This document shows positions 1-14,083 of a stretch of DNA of 64,000 nt, piece after piece. The DNA comes from Setoptus koraiensis (taxonomy: Eukaryota > Animalia > Arthropoda), in the NCBI GenBank assembly GCA_048013815.1, contig CM106586.1, positions 12,648,001-12,712,000 on the forward strand. Direction: 5' to 3'. Both the position numbers and the translations under genes were made by a program. Numbering within the stretch: the stretch's first letter is position 1; every line of letters begins with the position of its first letter. The notes below the pieces were generated by a model that had not been told where the DNA came from, searched no databases, and saw only the letters and a program-made list of their open reading frames with translations.

Positions 1-1578
<1,578 letters not shown>

Positions 1579-1907
1579 TTATTTTGTTGGCTCATGTAAT
1601 AATAATGATAATAGAAATAATCTAGAATAGGATAACTTCCAAGGATTTACAGAGACTCCTCTGAATAATAATAATAATAAATACATAAAAAACATCCACA
1701 AAAATTCATCAGACAGCCTGTTATATATGAATCGGCTTTGTCGATCGACTGGCCATGTAGGCACCGTAGAAGTCACACGGCACAGAACATGAAACGCTTT
1801 ATTGTGCAAAAATGCAACATTGTGCTCGATGCGCTGTGCAATTTGCCTCGGACAGTGCATCGAAAAAGGCATTGTGATAGGCACATCAGTATTATGAGCC
1901 AACAAAG

Positions 1908-2100
1908 AAAAAGTTGAGTGGAATTTCAGCACAGTGACACGAACGCAATAGCCATGGTGCCGAGCGTATGCATGGCCAGTTCACTTCAGACACCCGGTAG
2001 TCTGTCCGTTCTTCAGCTGAAACAGCACAGTTGCTCAATGAGACCAGCAGGACAACTGTCAACGGTGTTCCGGTTCATCGACGGTGGCTCCATCTACCGC
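1908..2100 (-). ncRNA. Candidate ~190-nt structured RNA ending in a T5 run (family not recognised)
   Basis: Nested helices found by eye on the minus strand, with 5'/3' end pairing followed by TTTTT (1912-1908) and TTTATA at 2136-2131. Three G-U wobbles work only on the minus strand. See finding. Confidence 0.35.
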
Positions 2101-2369
2101 TGAGATGTTAGCATCTCTCACAGCGCCAGATATAAATATTAGTTCGCTCACAGACCGGTAGAGATGTTGATATATTGTTGTAGCCGGCAACTTGTCGATG
2201 AGATATGTCAATCTTGTGTCATTATCTCAGAGATAACAAATACTTTAGCTGTTACTTTATTGTTAGTCTCGAATATTACTCGTACATACAGTTTAGACTG
2301 TTTTGAAATTGGCCTTCTTAAATCGTTGGAAAACTATCAGATTGGATTTTATTCATCGAGAGTGAGAGA

Positions 2370-3512
2370 TCAAGCATCAGTTCCGTTTGATGTGGCGACA
2401 GGTACAACATTAGCCGCGGCGACAGCGGCTGGTGTCTCTCCGGCGGTTTCTCCATCCTCTTCGTCGACCTCTTCATTATCATCGGCCTCGCTGTCTTCAT
2501 CTCCATCAACTTCAGCATTATCTCTTTCCAATTGATCAAGACGTTTGGCGAGCTCGTTCTCGTCCATGTCAGTAACAACTTTGGGCTGTGATTCATAGAA
2601 AAGATTAAAGTGATTGTTATTTGAATTGAAACAATATAAACATTTTGAAAAGAAGAGGGAAATCATAGATATTTGAGAGAGTGAACTTTTGCTTACCGCA
2701 TGCTGCACATTGAAAATTCCTCCGGCGTCTTTAATAGATTTTTCTATGGCTTTCAGAGCATTATTTAATATCTCCAATCCTTTTTCTTTATCTATTGTTG
2801 TTGTCGTGACAACATATAGTGGAGGAGCAATAAGATTAATTTTGATAGGCATATCCTCCGTGGAAAGAGCGATGCCAGCTCTAAGCGCATTTTTGACCGC
2901 ATCGATACCTTCGTAGACACAACAACCAACCTCGATATCTGCCCTGACCTTGCAGGCTTGTGGCATAAGTCGTCGTTTCATATGTGTCAATAGTGTCTCC
3001 TTGGTCTTATCATCTAACTCGCATTCATCTAGTAGAGTGGGATCATTTACAGCGGCTTTGAATATATCATATGAGGAGGCTTGCTTTTTCATTTTTTCAT
3101 CGAAACGCCAAGCTGTTTTGGTGTATAGTTCCTCCAATTGATCGTCGGACGTATAGCCAAGAATTTCGGCAACATGACGTAAAATACTATTGACTGCCTT
3201 GCCTTTGGCGAATTTTTCCTCACATCTAACAATATCCTCCGGCGAGACACGCCGCTTCGACAAGTCAATATATCCTTTCTCTTTATCTACACGAATAACA
3301 ACAACGCATTCACTTCTTCCCACTCGTATCAATTTGTTGATAGATCTTATACGTCTCCTAGATAGCTCGGATAATAATATCATGCCCTCGATATTGTTGT
3401 ATTCTAGTAAATGCACATAGGCTCCCATTTCGGCAATCTGCCTAACATTGACCATGACCACATCGTCAACCTCGGGGAATTTTTGTTTATAGAATCTACA
3501 GGTCAACGGCAT
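2370..3512 (-). CDS. EIF2S1: Eukaryotic translation initiation factor 2 subunit alpha (343 aa after splicing)
   Basis: S1 domain with the intact Ser51 context [12 protein letters not shown]. Exons 3512-2697 and 2585-2370; the 111-nt intron 2696-2586 (GTAAGC...CAG) is in frame and stop-free. Confidence 0.97.
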   Translation of the reverse strand: MPLTCRFYKQKFPEVDDVVMVNVRQIAEMGAYVHLLEYNNIEGMILLSELSRRRIRSINKLIRVGRSECVVVIRVDKEKGYIDLSKRRVSPEDIVRCEEKFAKGKAVNSILRHVAEILGYTSDDQLEELYTKTAWRFDEKMKKQASSYDIFKAAVNDPTLLDECELDDKTKETLLTHMKRRLMPQACKVRADIEVGCCVYEGIDAVKNALRAGIALSTEDMPIKINLIAPPLYVVTTTTIDKEKGLEILNNALKAIEKSIKDAGGIFNVQHAVSKSSLSQISMISLFFSKCLYCFNSNNNHFNLFYESQPKVVTDMDENELAKRLDQLERDNAEVDGDEDSEADDNEEVDEEDGETAGETPAAVAAANVVPVATSNGTDA

Positions 3513-4322
3513 TCTGAATTCGTAGTCAAGACGGCAATTCCAATATGGCTCCGTTCACTAGTAATGATAAAAATAATAATAGTAATAAAGACAATTATTA
3601 GTCGTAATTGGAGATATTAAACCAAAATAAATATAAATAATAATAATAATGCATGTAGTATCAAATACGAGTTTAGTTTAGAATGGACGCAGCGCACACC
3701 AGCGCACAACGACGGAAAGCGCACATCGCACGGTGTGCGCTTTGTGCTCCCCCCATCCAGGGCCCCCTTTGTAACATGTGCGCATGCCCAGCGAGCGTGA
3801 TGCCGTATTGGCCGCGCCGATGCGAGGATTCTTCTGAAGAATCTTTTAAGCGCCTTGATGACATGGTGAAATATGAAATATCCAAGGATGGCAGGACCAC
3901 GAAGGCATGGTAAGCGCTGACATTCTTGTTTTAGTGTCATTTAATATCGATGACCAAACAATGAGAAATCAAATCAACGAGAGTGCCGCGAATTCTCTGT
4001 GTGCGGTGAAAACCGGAAATAAAAAAGTGCTATCAAAAAGTTACCGTATATCCAGAAAACACACGCAATATATTCTAGTTTTTTTTGCCTTTATTTTGTA
4101 TGAAAACTAGATTGAGAATAGCCTAGCTAAAATTGTTGCCATCGACAACCATACTCGAGCTTCAAACAACGCCAATTAAAACTCTTGATTACTCCGAGAA
4201 CATAATTTATAATTTTCTTTCTTCTGTGAATCCCACCATCAACTTGTGGTCAATATGTTTTTTTTTTCGAATATTGCTTTGCTCAAGTAGTGTTGATGGT
4301 TGTTGTAATGAGTAGATTGTAA

Positions 4323-4637
4323 TCAATATCGAGGAGCTGCAGGAATTCGATTTGCCAACGAGGGTCTTCTTGGCAAAGTGGCCGTTGGTGCATCTGTTGA
4401 GGTAACTAGGGGACGATCGTACGCACCTACAAATATGCTTCTAAGTAGTGTGATGTATCCATGTACCAATCTGAGATTTTGTCTAATAAAGCTCACTGTT
4501 GGCTCCCAAACATGAGTGCCTTGTCCTGCGGCGCCAAAATTACCATTTTCGGCGTGCCCTTGACAATTGGCAAGACCAATCAAGACAGACACACCGATAA
4601 CAGCTAATAAGATGTTTGTGCTGGATAATTGTTTCAT
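4323..4637 (-). CDS. Small secreted orphan protein (104 aa)
   Basis: ATG at 4637. MKQLSSTNILLAVIGVSVLIGLANC is a signal-peptide-like start, followed by an amphipathic-looking helix and a Thr/Pro-rich tail. No family recognised. Confidence 0.65.
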   Translation of the reverse strand: MKQLSSTNILLAVIGVSVLIGLANCQGHAENGNFGAAGQGTHVWEPTVSFIRQNLRLVHGYITLLRSIFVGAYDRPLVTSTDAPTATLPRRPSLANRIPAAPRY

Positions 4638-5405
4638 TGTTGACTCGTTAATTCTTTGTATAACTTCACTTGAAACTCTTGCTATGACAGATTTTATACT
4701 GAACAACCCAGAATATTTTCAGACCTCTTAACATGAGCGAAAGACGAATTCTGACTGTCGCATCTGTCTTGACGATTCACTATATATATATATAGATTTT
4801 TGCTCACCATGAAGGTTGGTGTCGTGTAATTTTAGAGTTTATCATCCAAAACATCTGCCAGACAATTGTGGTTAATTTAGATGAGGGACAAAACTCAACA
4901 GATTTGATTATGCGGTAACTTTTTGGAATGCTACAGCATTGACCCAAATGCTGATCATGCTGGAAGTGCCCTTCTAATATAACTTCAAATTAAATCATGA
5001 AATTCATCACAGGAAAGAATTTCATTGATTCTCTTGTAAAGTTTTCTCATGAGCGAGCTCACCGCCCGCAGCATTGGTAAAAAATTAAACTGTGCACATG
5101 CGCCTTGCATTGAAGGTTCATGACTGGAATTCGGATCAGATGATTCACGAAAAATTCTGATAAAGAGTTGTTGACAACAAGCATTTGATGTCGGACCTTT
5201 AAATCGACGACCGAAATTCACAATTATCCATTGGATTTTGCCTGCTTACAATAAGACTTTGGTAAACATTTAGCTAGAAAATTAATTCAATAGGATCACT
5301 TGTGCCAACTCAGCACCATCACATTTGAGCTCATCAATTATTCATTCGGTTTTATATATTAATAGATTGGAGGTTATCAATAGATATCTAAATATATTAC
5401 CAGAC

Positions 5406-6092
5406 ATGAGAATTAAAATCAGATCGTTGCAAGGGGAAGAGTACAATGTAAATGTAAGTGATAGAACTGTCACGTTTTAAAACGTAAAAAAACATTTATA
5501 CTATTTTCAAAATTTCCCTTGAGGCCATCTGTCACTGACAAATATCTACTCTCGATCATTTCTATCTATTATAACTTGACTGGTATTGATGACAAATCAG
5601 GTTGAGGCTGACCAGCTGGTTGTAAATATCAAACAGCTAGTCAGCGAACAGATCGACGTACCGGTAGAGAGACAAAAGCTGGTTTACAAAGGCAGAACTT
5701 TATTAGACTCCAGCTGTATCAAAGAGTATAATCTAGAGGAAGATTGTAAATTGAATTTATTAATTTTGAAGGTCACACCCACCGTTCCATCCGTATCCCT
5801 TTTGGCACCTCATACCAGACGATCGACCACAGACCAATCAAACCAGGCCACAACCTCGAATGACAATCATACGAGGAATGCTAAGAGAGATGAAAAGAGT
5901 GATTTCCAGAAATTGATTGAACTCAAGTTGTCAGCTCACTTTGAACCATCTGTTGTAGACAAAATTATTATGGCTTTGAATGAGGAAATTAAGGATGATA
6001 TAAAATGCTCTAGTTTAGATGATCTTGAACGACTGGCCAAACAAAAGTTGAACATTGGGATAGATGCGACAGACAATAAAATAAGAATATAA
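5406..6092 (+). CDS. UBL4A: Ubiquitin-like protein 4A (GET5-like)
   Basis: Exons 5406-5453 (MRIKIRSLQGEEYNVN, then GTAAGT) and 5601-6092. Ubiquitin-like domain IKQLVSEQIDVPVERQKLVYKGRTL, plus the C-terminal SLDDLERLA helix typical of UBL4A. Confidence 0.85.
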
Positions 6093-6484
6093 GTGTATTA
6101 TACAACATCATGTAAATATTCTGTGGATCTAATCTCAATGAACTCAAATAGTAGGATATTTTTATTTGAATATAGTGGATCGTTATCATAATCCATTATA
6201 GCGATCACTAGAAAGAAACATTTTCAAATCAAAGCGCTCTCAGTACAACCAATTAATAGATAGGTTGATAGGTATTCTCTTGACTTGGCTTATTCTCTTG
6301 ACCCAATCATCTCATTTTATTCAATCCGATCAACCGAGAAACTTGAGGATCTTTGTGTGCTCGTGAGATGAGACAAACGATAATACTTTGATATATATAA
6401 CTATATATATATATAAAAGTTGAAAAGTTTCAACCTAAATCCGCTGTACCAATATTCGTTTGAGCATGTTTATATCCCTCACTT

Positions 6485-6492
<8 letters not shown>

Positions 6493-6515
<23 letters not shown>

Positions 6516-6519
6516 CTCT
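6493..6519. repeat. (TC)13 microsatellite
   Basis: Read directly from the sequence. Confidence 0.95.
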
Positions 6520-6680
6520 ACCTATTAGAAGAGATTAAATGTTGACACCGTCTGGGTGAACGATTCAATTTATTCAGACTTAGGTTTATATTATGATATT
6601 TTTTCAGATAGATATCGAGACATTTGTGAAAGTTCTACTGATCCTTCAACTGATGCCGTACATTAGCTGATATCATTTTA

Positions 6681-7205
6681 TCATTCGAATGCTTTCGCCA
6701 GTTTGTCATTCACTTGAAGAAACTTGCTAACACCACGGTCTTGCATGAGTGACATAATGTAAGCCCGCGTGTCATATCTGTAGTGGCCACCATCTCTTTT
6801 CTCTGCATCCTTCAACATTTCAGAGGTAGGGTATTCGATCTTTTCAGCTGTTGCGGTTGCTGGGTTTTCCAGAATCGTGGCCAATCCATAAAAGTAGTCT
6901 GATACTTTCTCTTCGGCCTTGGCAAGCCAATCCTCTTGCTCCTGTCTCACCTCCAAATCAATTTCGAAATTCGCCTCAGGTGCATACTCATCCAATTGTA
7001 GCGACCCCTTAACATAACCAATATGTTAGATAAGGACACCCGAAGGACAATTTTCTTTCACATAATTGACCGCCGCTGCATACTTTTGTTGATCCAATCT
7101 TACAATGTTTCGTGACCATGACTCGCAATGAGATAAATCTTCGTTTGCGTTAGCCGTCACAACTAACAATGCGAGAATGGCTAGATTGAACAAAATTGAA
7201 TTCAT
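6681..7205 (-). CDS. Secreted orphan protein (142 aa, two exons)
   Basis: Exon 7205-7104 (MNSILFNLAILALLVVTANA signal peptide), then a 96-nt intron 7103-7008 (GTAAGA donor, CTAAC branch point, TTAAG acceptor) that removes an in-frame TAA, then exon 7007-6681 (acidic, helical-looking). Confidence 0.7.
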
Positions 7206-8444
7206 TTTTAAAGTTGTTCGAAATTTTCTCTCGTCGCTGTTACCAGAAATCTGCAGGATGTCACTGTTAACAATTTGGAATTATCGTAATTTAGCAGAAG
7301 CCTATCGATTGCCAATATCAAGTGAGAGAGTGGTTAAGTGTGAACTATTTTCGAGTCATTTTATACGCAGCACCCAATGAAAGAATTTCTCTTCTTCTCA
7401 CAAATTCAGACAAAAATTCCTAATTTCGAACACTCATCTCTCATGCGTCAGATCTCATGACAGTAGTCAAATACCATCGCGTCAGCCGTCAAAGCAACTT
7501 CATTCGACATCACATACCGTATATATATATATTTCGACAAAATATCTGATCCAACATGGATATTGCCAAAGACGCTCTCCTTTCCCAAATATTTCGAAAA
7601 ACAAGGTGACATTCAGATCATGCGTCATGTTCGTTGCCACCCATACTGTCTGGCTCGCCAGACACAACATCGAATAGAGTACGAGCAAGAAGAAAGAGTA
7701 AAAATAGTTTGGCCGCTGCAATAAATAAATTACGCGGGGAACTGTAATTAGTATTGTTCTGTGCGTTCATGAATAGCCGAAATCTCGTAACTCCGTAATT
7801 TATTTATGTTGTAATTATGAAGTTTGACCCAGTGATAATTGAATCTAAATTACTTTTCAAACTCACGTGATTAGGTGGAATGTTGTAGTTTGACAGATTA
7901 CTCTAGTTTGCAAGTAGTTCATAGCGGTCACTTAATTTCATGGAAAGAATTGCTTTGCCATACATATAGAGGGGATTGAAACATGATCATTGAATCCTCT
8001 AGATCATCCGTTCTGACATCTTCACAGTCGATTACGCATGTAACGATAGAGACCTCACGTACATCTAGAATCAGGTACTATTGCGTCCGCCCTGTTCATT
8101 TGGCCTAACAAGATATTTTTACTAATTTGCAATCAAAATGCATCAAATCATAATCCATAGTCTACTATCTGAGTACAGTTGTGTACTATATAAAATCAAG
8201 TGCGATATCAGAAAAGAACATAAGCGATAGAAAGTGGTCGAACGAGGAACGCACTTCTAATGTGATGTTCCAGGCTTGGGCAGCACTATAATTGTAACAC
8301 TAGCTTACTAATCTACCATTTTTCGATGCTGAAAGAGTCTCATCTAACGCTATCCAGTCAGTGAATAAATGTGTCTGTCGACCCAGCGCTAAATTCGCTT
8401 CGATTGTCGTCCATTTCAAATGCATTTCTGTTTAACCTCAGTCG

Positions 8445-9683
8445 TCATGCATCTCGGATCTGTTCATGATTGTTGGATGAACCATTTGTGTTTAAAAGAG
8501 GTCCTCTGATAAAGTTCTCTCCACTGACATCGCACTTTGGTTTTGGCTTAGGTCGACTGCTAACCATAAACAACTCAATCAAATCAATTCCTATTAAAAA
8601 TGATAATCCTAGTACCATAAATGATAGACAAAACGTTATAATGATACTTCGATTGCAAACGATTCCTGCCAAAATGTTGGCACAAGTCTGGAAATACAAT
8701 TAATATGTTAGAAAGAGCTTTTATTAGTTGATAGCTTCGGTCACAAGGAGCAGTCAACTGAACTATGATGGCTCTGATTATGCTTATCATTATTAACGAG
8801 CGAAAGATCCATTTCTCAGAACGGATAACCGATTCGATCTAGATTATCTGGATATTTACCTCTTTGTGGACTATCATATCGAATGTCAGATTACTGTAAC
8901 ATGATAAGGGCAATGTGTGTAAATAGTTCGCTTTATACCATTGTTCGTCGCAACATTTGAACTTTGATTAAATTGAGATCATTTCATGAGTCTGGCGAAT
9001 GTTTGACTGTACGTTTTTCATTTCAGAATTGTTTTCAAAACTTCAAAGCATCTTATAGACTTACATGTGTTTGAATTATGTCGAGAAATTCCAGAGAGAA
9101 ATCATTCGTATATTTCCTTTTCATGTGTCCCTTCAATTCCGTATTAAATTGTATCACCATCTATTGATTTAAAGAAAGTTTAAGATATAACAGTAGGTTG
9201 AGTTTTCTCTAACTGAAATGATGGTGATAACCTGATTAGAAATAAACTCTTACTTACACTGGACCATCTTACTGTAGTGGATACAAGTTGCAAGGCCACT
9301 ATACCTAAAACTACCAGGATTATCTGTACTATGGTTTTCTGATATTCTCAAAAATTAAAGTAAAAAGTTATCTACTGATTAGTTGACCGGAAATAGAGCC
9401 ACTGTAGAATTATCATATCAAAAGAACTCACCGACAGATTAAAATTGTAAGACTCTCTCCACTTTTTTCTTGTCACCATAATCGCATTACAAACTGGTAT
9501 TGCAAGAGTTAATAAGGAATGTATAGCCATAAAGAAGGTATTGTAATAATAACGACTTAAACCAAGCTGACGACGAAATTGATACAATGGACCATCGAAG
9601 AGAAACGGTCCAAATGTCAATATTAGTGTTATGATCGAAGAAACCTGAGATAAAATAACACGATGAAAAAAAGTCACCTCCAT
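8445..9683 (-). CDS. Highly divergent tetraspanin (257 aa, five exons)
   Basis: Exons 9683-9432, 9338-9258, 9160-9065, 8961-8860 and 8687-8445, all phase 0 with GT-AG. Four hydrophobic segments; large loop FLDIIQTH|FKCCD...LPLSC...E|TC matches the tetraspanin EC2 cysteine pattern, with CCD in place of CCG. Confidence 0.75.
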
Positions 9684-10644
9684 TATGTAGCATAATTGTA
9701 AATAGAAATGAATTGAAGCATTAGCAATTGATTTGATTCTGGCATAAATATCTACTTACAATTAACGCAACATTAGATAAAGAATAACATATGTCAATGT
9801 TATGTTTCCTTTTTCTCTTTAATTTTAGTTTGGGTCTGTCCATATTCATTTGCGATTTGTTCGAATTTCTAAGCGGATAGTTTTCATAATAAACTCAAAG
9901 TTTATGTAAGTGAATGATTCTATCAAGGAACATAGATTTGTGCAATAGAGATCTAAAGTATATAGTCTAGTTTGCATATTGTTGCTGCATTATCGCAGGT
10001 AGAGAAGAGAAATGATAATAAAAGTTTCGTTTAGTCACAAGAAAAGATGCCATTTATAATATGCGTGACTACTCCGTTTGTTTTCAACAGAACAAACTCT
10101 GATCTAGTTAGAATTATGGTATGCAGTTACTACGTTAACGACATGCTTCGTTAATCAAACAAGATAGCTCACATTGTTTGTTGGCGAATCGCTTTATCAA
10201 TTTCATCAATACAATAACCTCACTTGTTGTTAGTCATCAAGTAACATCACTATAAAGCACGTTGAGCTAATTAAGCCACAATAACACTAAATCTGATAAA
10301 TGTTGGCCAACTATATTGATGTATGACTCAGTATAAGAGCGTCATCGACAAAGTTATGAGCTCGATATGAGAAATTTGAGATCGACGAAGCGTCCTGTAA
10401 TAAAAGATGCGAGTGGCTACTGGTCACATCCATCAGATTATTGTTTGGGTAATGCCTCATTGTTTACATTGTCAATTGCATTGAGATTAGATAGACAGAA
10501 AAAACTTTCGACTATTGAGTGAGTCATTCATCAAAGAATGAATTAATCGTGTTAAAACATCTCATGAATAATAGTAACGATTTTATTTTTATACTAACAA
10601 GCGTGTACAATCTTAATAGAGCACCAAGTGACGAATTATGTGAA

Positions 10645-11376
10645 TCACAAGTCCGATCTTACTCCAAATCCTCTTCCTGTAGGCGGCTCAGTTAAAGATG
10701 TTAAGCCTGCTCTGGGTTCACACGAGAATCTGCCACCTCTCGGTCCTATCGTCGGTTTTTTACCCGCCTTCAGATCGTTTATGATGTCTTTCACATCGTC
10801 CGGCTTGAGATCCTCATAGTAGTCATCATTGATTTGGATCATTGGCGCATTCACGCAAGCGCCTAAACATTCAACTTCGATTACTTTAAAATCTTTATCA
10901 TCCTTACAAAGATCCTTACAGATTTTGTACGTTTCTTCGGCTCCACGTAGCATACAGGGCGTTGTTGTACACACTTGTACAAAATATTTACCTACTGGTT
11001 GCCTATTGAACATTGTGTAGAAGGTTGCCACTTCGTAGACCCTCATCCTGGGCATTTTTAGATATTCGGCAACATAATTCATGGCCTTTAGAGGTAACCA
11101 ATTATTGTTTTGACGCTGTGCTAAGTCCAATAATGGTATAACCGCCGCGGCTTTGTGACCTTCAGGATAAATTGCCACAATTGACTCGGCCCTTTTCTGG
11201 TTCTCTGGTGTCCATTGAAATTTTTCGATATCAGGTACATCCTCGGCACTTACTGGAGCATGTGAATCTCTCTTTTGTTGTTGTAATATGTTCACTGTCG
11301 GTAATGATAAGCGCTGGGAAACGATAGGCGATAGGACACCAGGTAAGCGACCTAGACAATTGGATAGATTCATCAT
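10645..11376 (-). CDS. NDUFV2: NADH dehydrogenase (ubiquinone) flavoprotein 2, 24 kDa subunit
   Basis: Single ORF with a transit-peptide-like N-terminus, [21 protein letters not shown], and 2Fe-2S cysteines CTTTPC and ECLGAC. Confidence 0.98.
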   Translation of the reverse strand: MMNLSNCLGRLPGVLSPIVSQRLSLPTVNILQQQKRDSHAPVSAEDVPDIEKFQWTPENQKRAESIVAIYPEGHKAAAVIPLLDLAQRQNNNWLPLKAMNYVAEYLKMPRMRVYEVATFYTMFNRQPVGKYFVQVCTTTPCMLRGAEETYKICKDLCKDDKDFKVIEVECLGACVNAPMIQINDDYYEDLKPDDVKDIINDLKAGKKPTIGPRGGRFSCEPRAGLTSLTEPPTGRGFGVRSDL

Positions 11377-11782
11377 GGGTGCAAGGTTTATGATAAATCC
11401 CCGTATTGTTTTAGTTATATACGAACGACAGCTCTGAGGCCTGATGCGAGTTACTGTAGTTTAATTGAGTAACTTCGATTATAGTTGTCAGATCTACAGA
11501 TTGTATTTTGGTATATATTGTGTATAAATACAAAAACATGTGATTGAAATGCAACAAAACAAATAAAATAGTATTGCGCCCTCTAGTGGAGGTCACAAGT
11601 CGATTCAGTTGATTTATAAAATAAGGAAGCCGAACATGAAGTGACAGTGAGAATGAAGCTTGAATTGTTGTTCTTTAATTTGACAAGAGATTGTTTCGGT
11701 AGTTTCATATATATATGTATATATATTTATTTTGTGAATGTCAATATATCATGATATGATCAGTCGGATCCACAATACTAAC

Positions 11783-13573
11783 TCAAGTTCCGTTTTCTTG
11801 TGACTCTTTTTCACTATTCTTTTTGACAGTGTTCTCTGGCCACTCTAGTTCCTCCTTAATTCTTTTGAAACAGTCATACAGGAATATGTACTAAGATTAT
11901 TTGGGAGAGATAAAGAGACTAGTGTCAGCATCAAAACAAGTTATTTTGAGATCGTATGTGTCACAATGGTTTTTAACTTACATGTGGTGTCATTATCTGT
12001 ATCGTTCTCTGCTTATTTGGCCTCTCATATTTAAAAACAAAACACATGGCATCTTCGTCAACTTCAAACTCTTTTACAGTATCCCATTCAAATTCAACAG
12101 TATCAGATTGTATTTGACCGTCATCACCACAGGCCTGAAGCTTGAAGTTAGTCAAACTGACAGTTGGTACAATATGGCCTTCCTTATATGCACTACATTC
12201 GCAATGTGGGAATGATATTGCATTGTAGTCGTTTAGAGATCTAGCTAACGTGAGATACTGAAGAAAGAACAGATTCGATTTTTTTTTTCTTGATTAGAAG
12301 ATTATTAAGAGATCAACACTGATTGCAATGACACTTATAGCGATGATAATTTACCTCACGTCTCTTCGACCAATCCTGCAGGGCTTTCAATTCATATAAT
12401 TTGTTACCTGGCTTGATTTGACCTTTATTTACATCCTCAACAGCCTGTTTGAAGGAAGAAACAAAGATAGTAGTTAAGATTTTATCTATACTGCAGATCT
12501 AGTGAGCAGCAATAAGTCTAAATACGAACCTGATAGAAGAAGAATGACTCAGCTAGATTGTCTGAACAAATTTGAAGTTCTCTTTGTAGAGTAAACAACC
12601 ACTTTCGTATCAACAGACAAGTAGGTGTAGCAGTAGAATAGTTCTGTATATACAAATTGTGCGGAAATTCATTTGGTCTTAGCATCCTCTCGAAGTAATA
12701 TTCAACTATCTCGAACAAAGCGAAGAAAGGTGCCACTTTCTTTGATAAGTTGATGGATTCAACTACGGAATTGTAGACATCCACTGTTGTACTGTTTTTC
12801 TTAGTCTTGACAACTATGGTTGATCGATCAGGGAGCATTACTTTGAGATCGACAGGTGTTGAGCTAGCATTGTGGCCCTCATCAAAATCAGTCAAGAAAT
12901 CTTGCATTATCGTACTTTCGGCTATAACACGAACTGCACAAACTTTCTCAAGATACTGTTCTAAGCTTCGACGACGTGAATCGAGTTGTTGATCGGATAG
13001 TGCAAATGGCCACTTGCCGGGTAATTTGGGGAAATGAAAGTCTATGAACTCTTTCTTAAGATTGTTATGTAAATTGGAAAATTCTTTATAACGGCGAGAA
13101 CAAAGATGCCGGCCAGCCATATAGATGCTGAAAACAACATATTTCTCGCCACCGACGCCCTGTTCCATCCATGTGTAGTCAGGTATTGATATGGGTAGGC
13201 TTCGTTTCTCGCTATAGTCATGATAAGTGTTGTAGGATGTAGCCTCTTCGCTTGGATCGAGCCTCGCAGCCTCTATTGGACTAACTGATATTACTGTTAA
13301 TGATAATTTGTCGTTGCCAGATTTAATAAGATCGACAACTTGTTTATGTGTGGCACCCTCAACGTTGACCCCATTGACTTCTAATATTCTGTCGCCTTTT
13401 TTTACGCCAGCTCGTTCGGCCGCACCACCTTCTAAAACGGCGCTGACATGTTGTAATGGGGCGTATAATTGTCCGTTAATACTTTTTAGTGGTCCTCCTT
13501 CGTTGACTTGACCTCTTACATTAAAACCGAAGCCAGTCTCGGATTTTTGTATATGTACCACTCTGGGTCCCAT
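11783..13573 (-). CDS. SNX27: Sorting nexin 27 (PDZ-PX-FERM-like, 505 aa)
   Basis: Exons 13573-12530, 12444-12355, 12257-11982 and 11890-11783. PDZ ([10 protein letters not shown]...LQHVSAVL), PX (LCSRRYKEF...[10 protein letters not shown]) and RA/FERM-like C-terminus. Confidence 0.97.
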
Positions 13574-14083
13574 GGTGGATTTAATGGAATAGTATGATGT
13601 TTCTTTGCAATTTTTTGTTTTGGATTGTTATCAAAATGTAATCTACATTTGGTTCATTAAATATCTTGACAGGGGGGAAGCACAAAATTAATCCCTATTT
13701 GCATGACAGGGCGGGACATTTAAATTGAACATTTTTTTTTTCTTTATTATTTTGCACCAGATGACGCCTCTGGTGAGTTTCGCTCGAAACTGCCCCAATC
13801 CCACATGTGATGAGCTACTTATGAATCACACGCATTTACTTCAACAATACAGTGCAGTACGAATTGCATTACGGTTATGCCTGTAATGTAACCAATCGAT
13901 AACCTCCTCTTTTTACACCACCTCGAGCACAAACAAACAGTGATTTTCTCTTCTATAGCCACCAATCACGACCACACCAACTGTTTGTCCATCACCCCAC
14001 TATAATCCTAACATATATTATCTAATTTATATTACCAAACTATATCTAACGACAACCATTAACAACAAAATCAACAAAAGAGA

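Noticed and set aside
7032-7046. Single in-frame TAA in an otherwise continuous secreted ORF, suggesting readthrough or pseudogenisation
   Set aside because: It lies inside a well-formed 96-nt intron with donor, branch point and acceptor.
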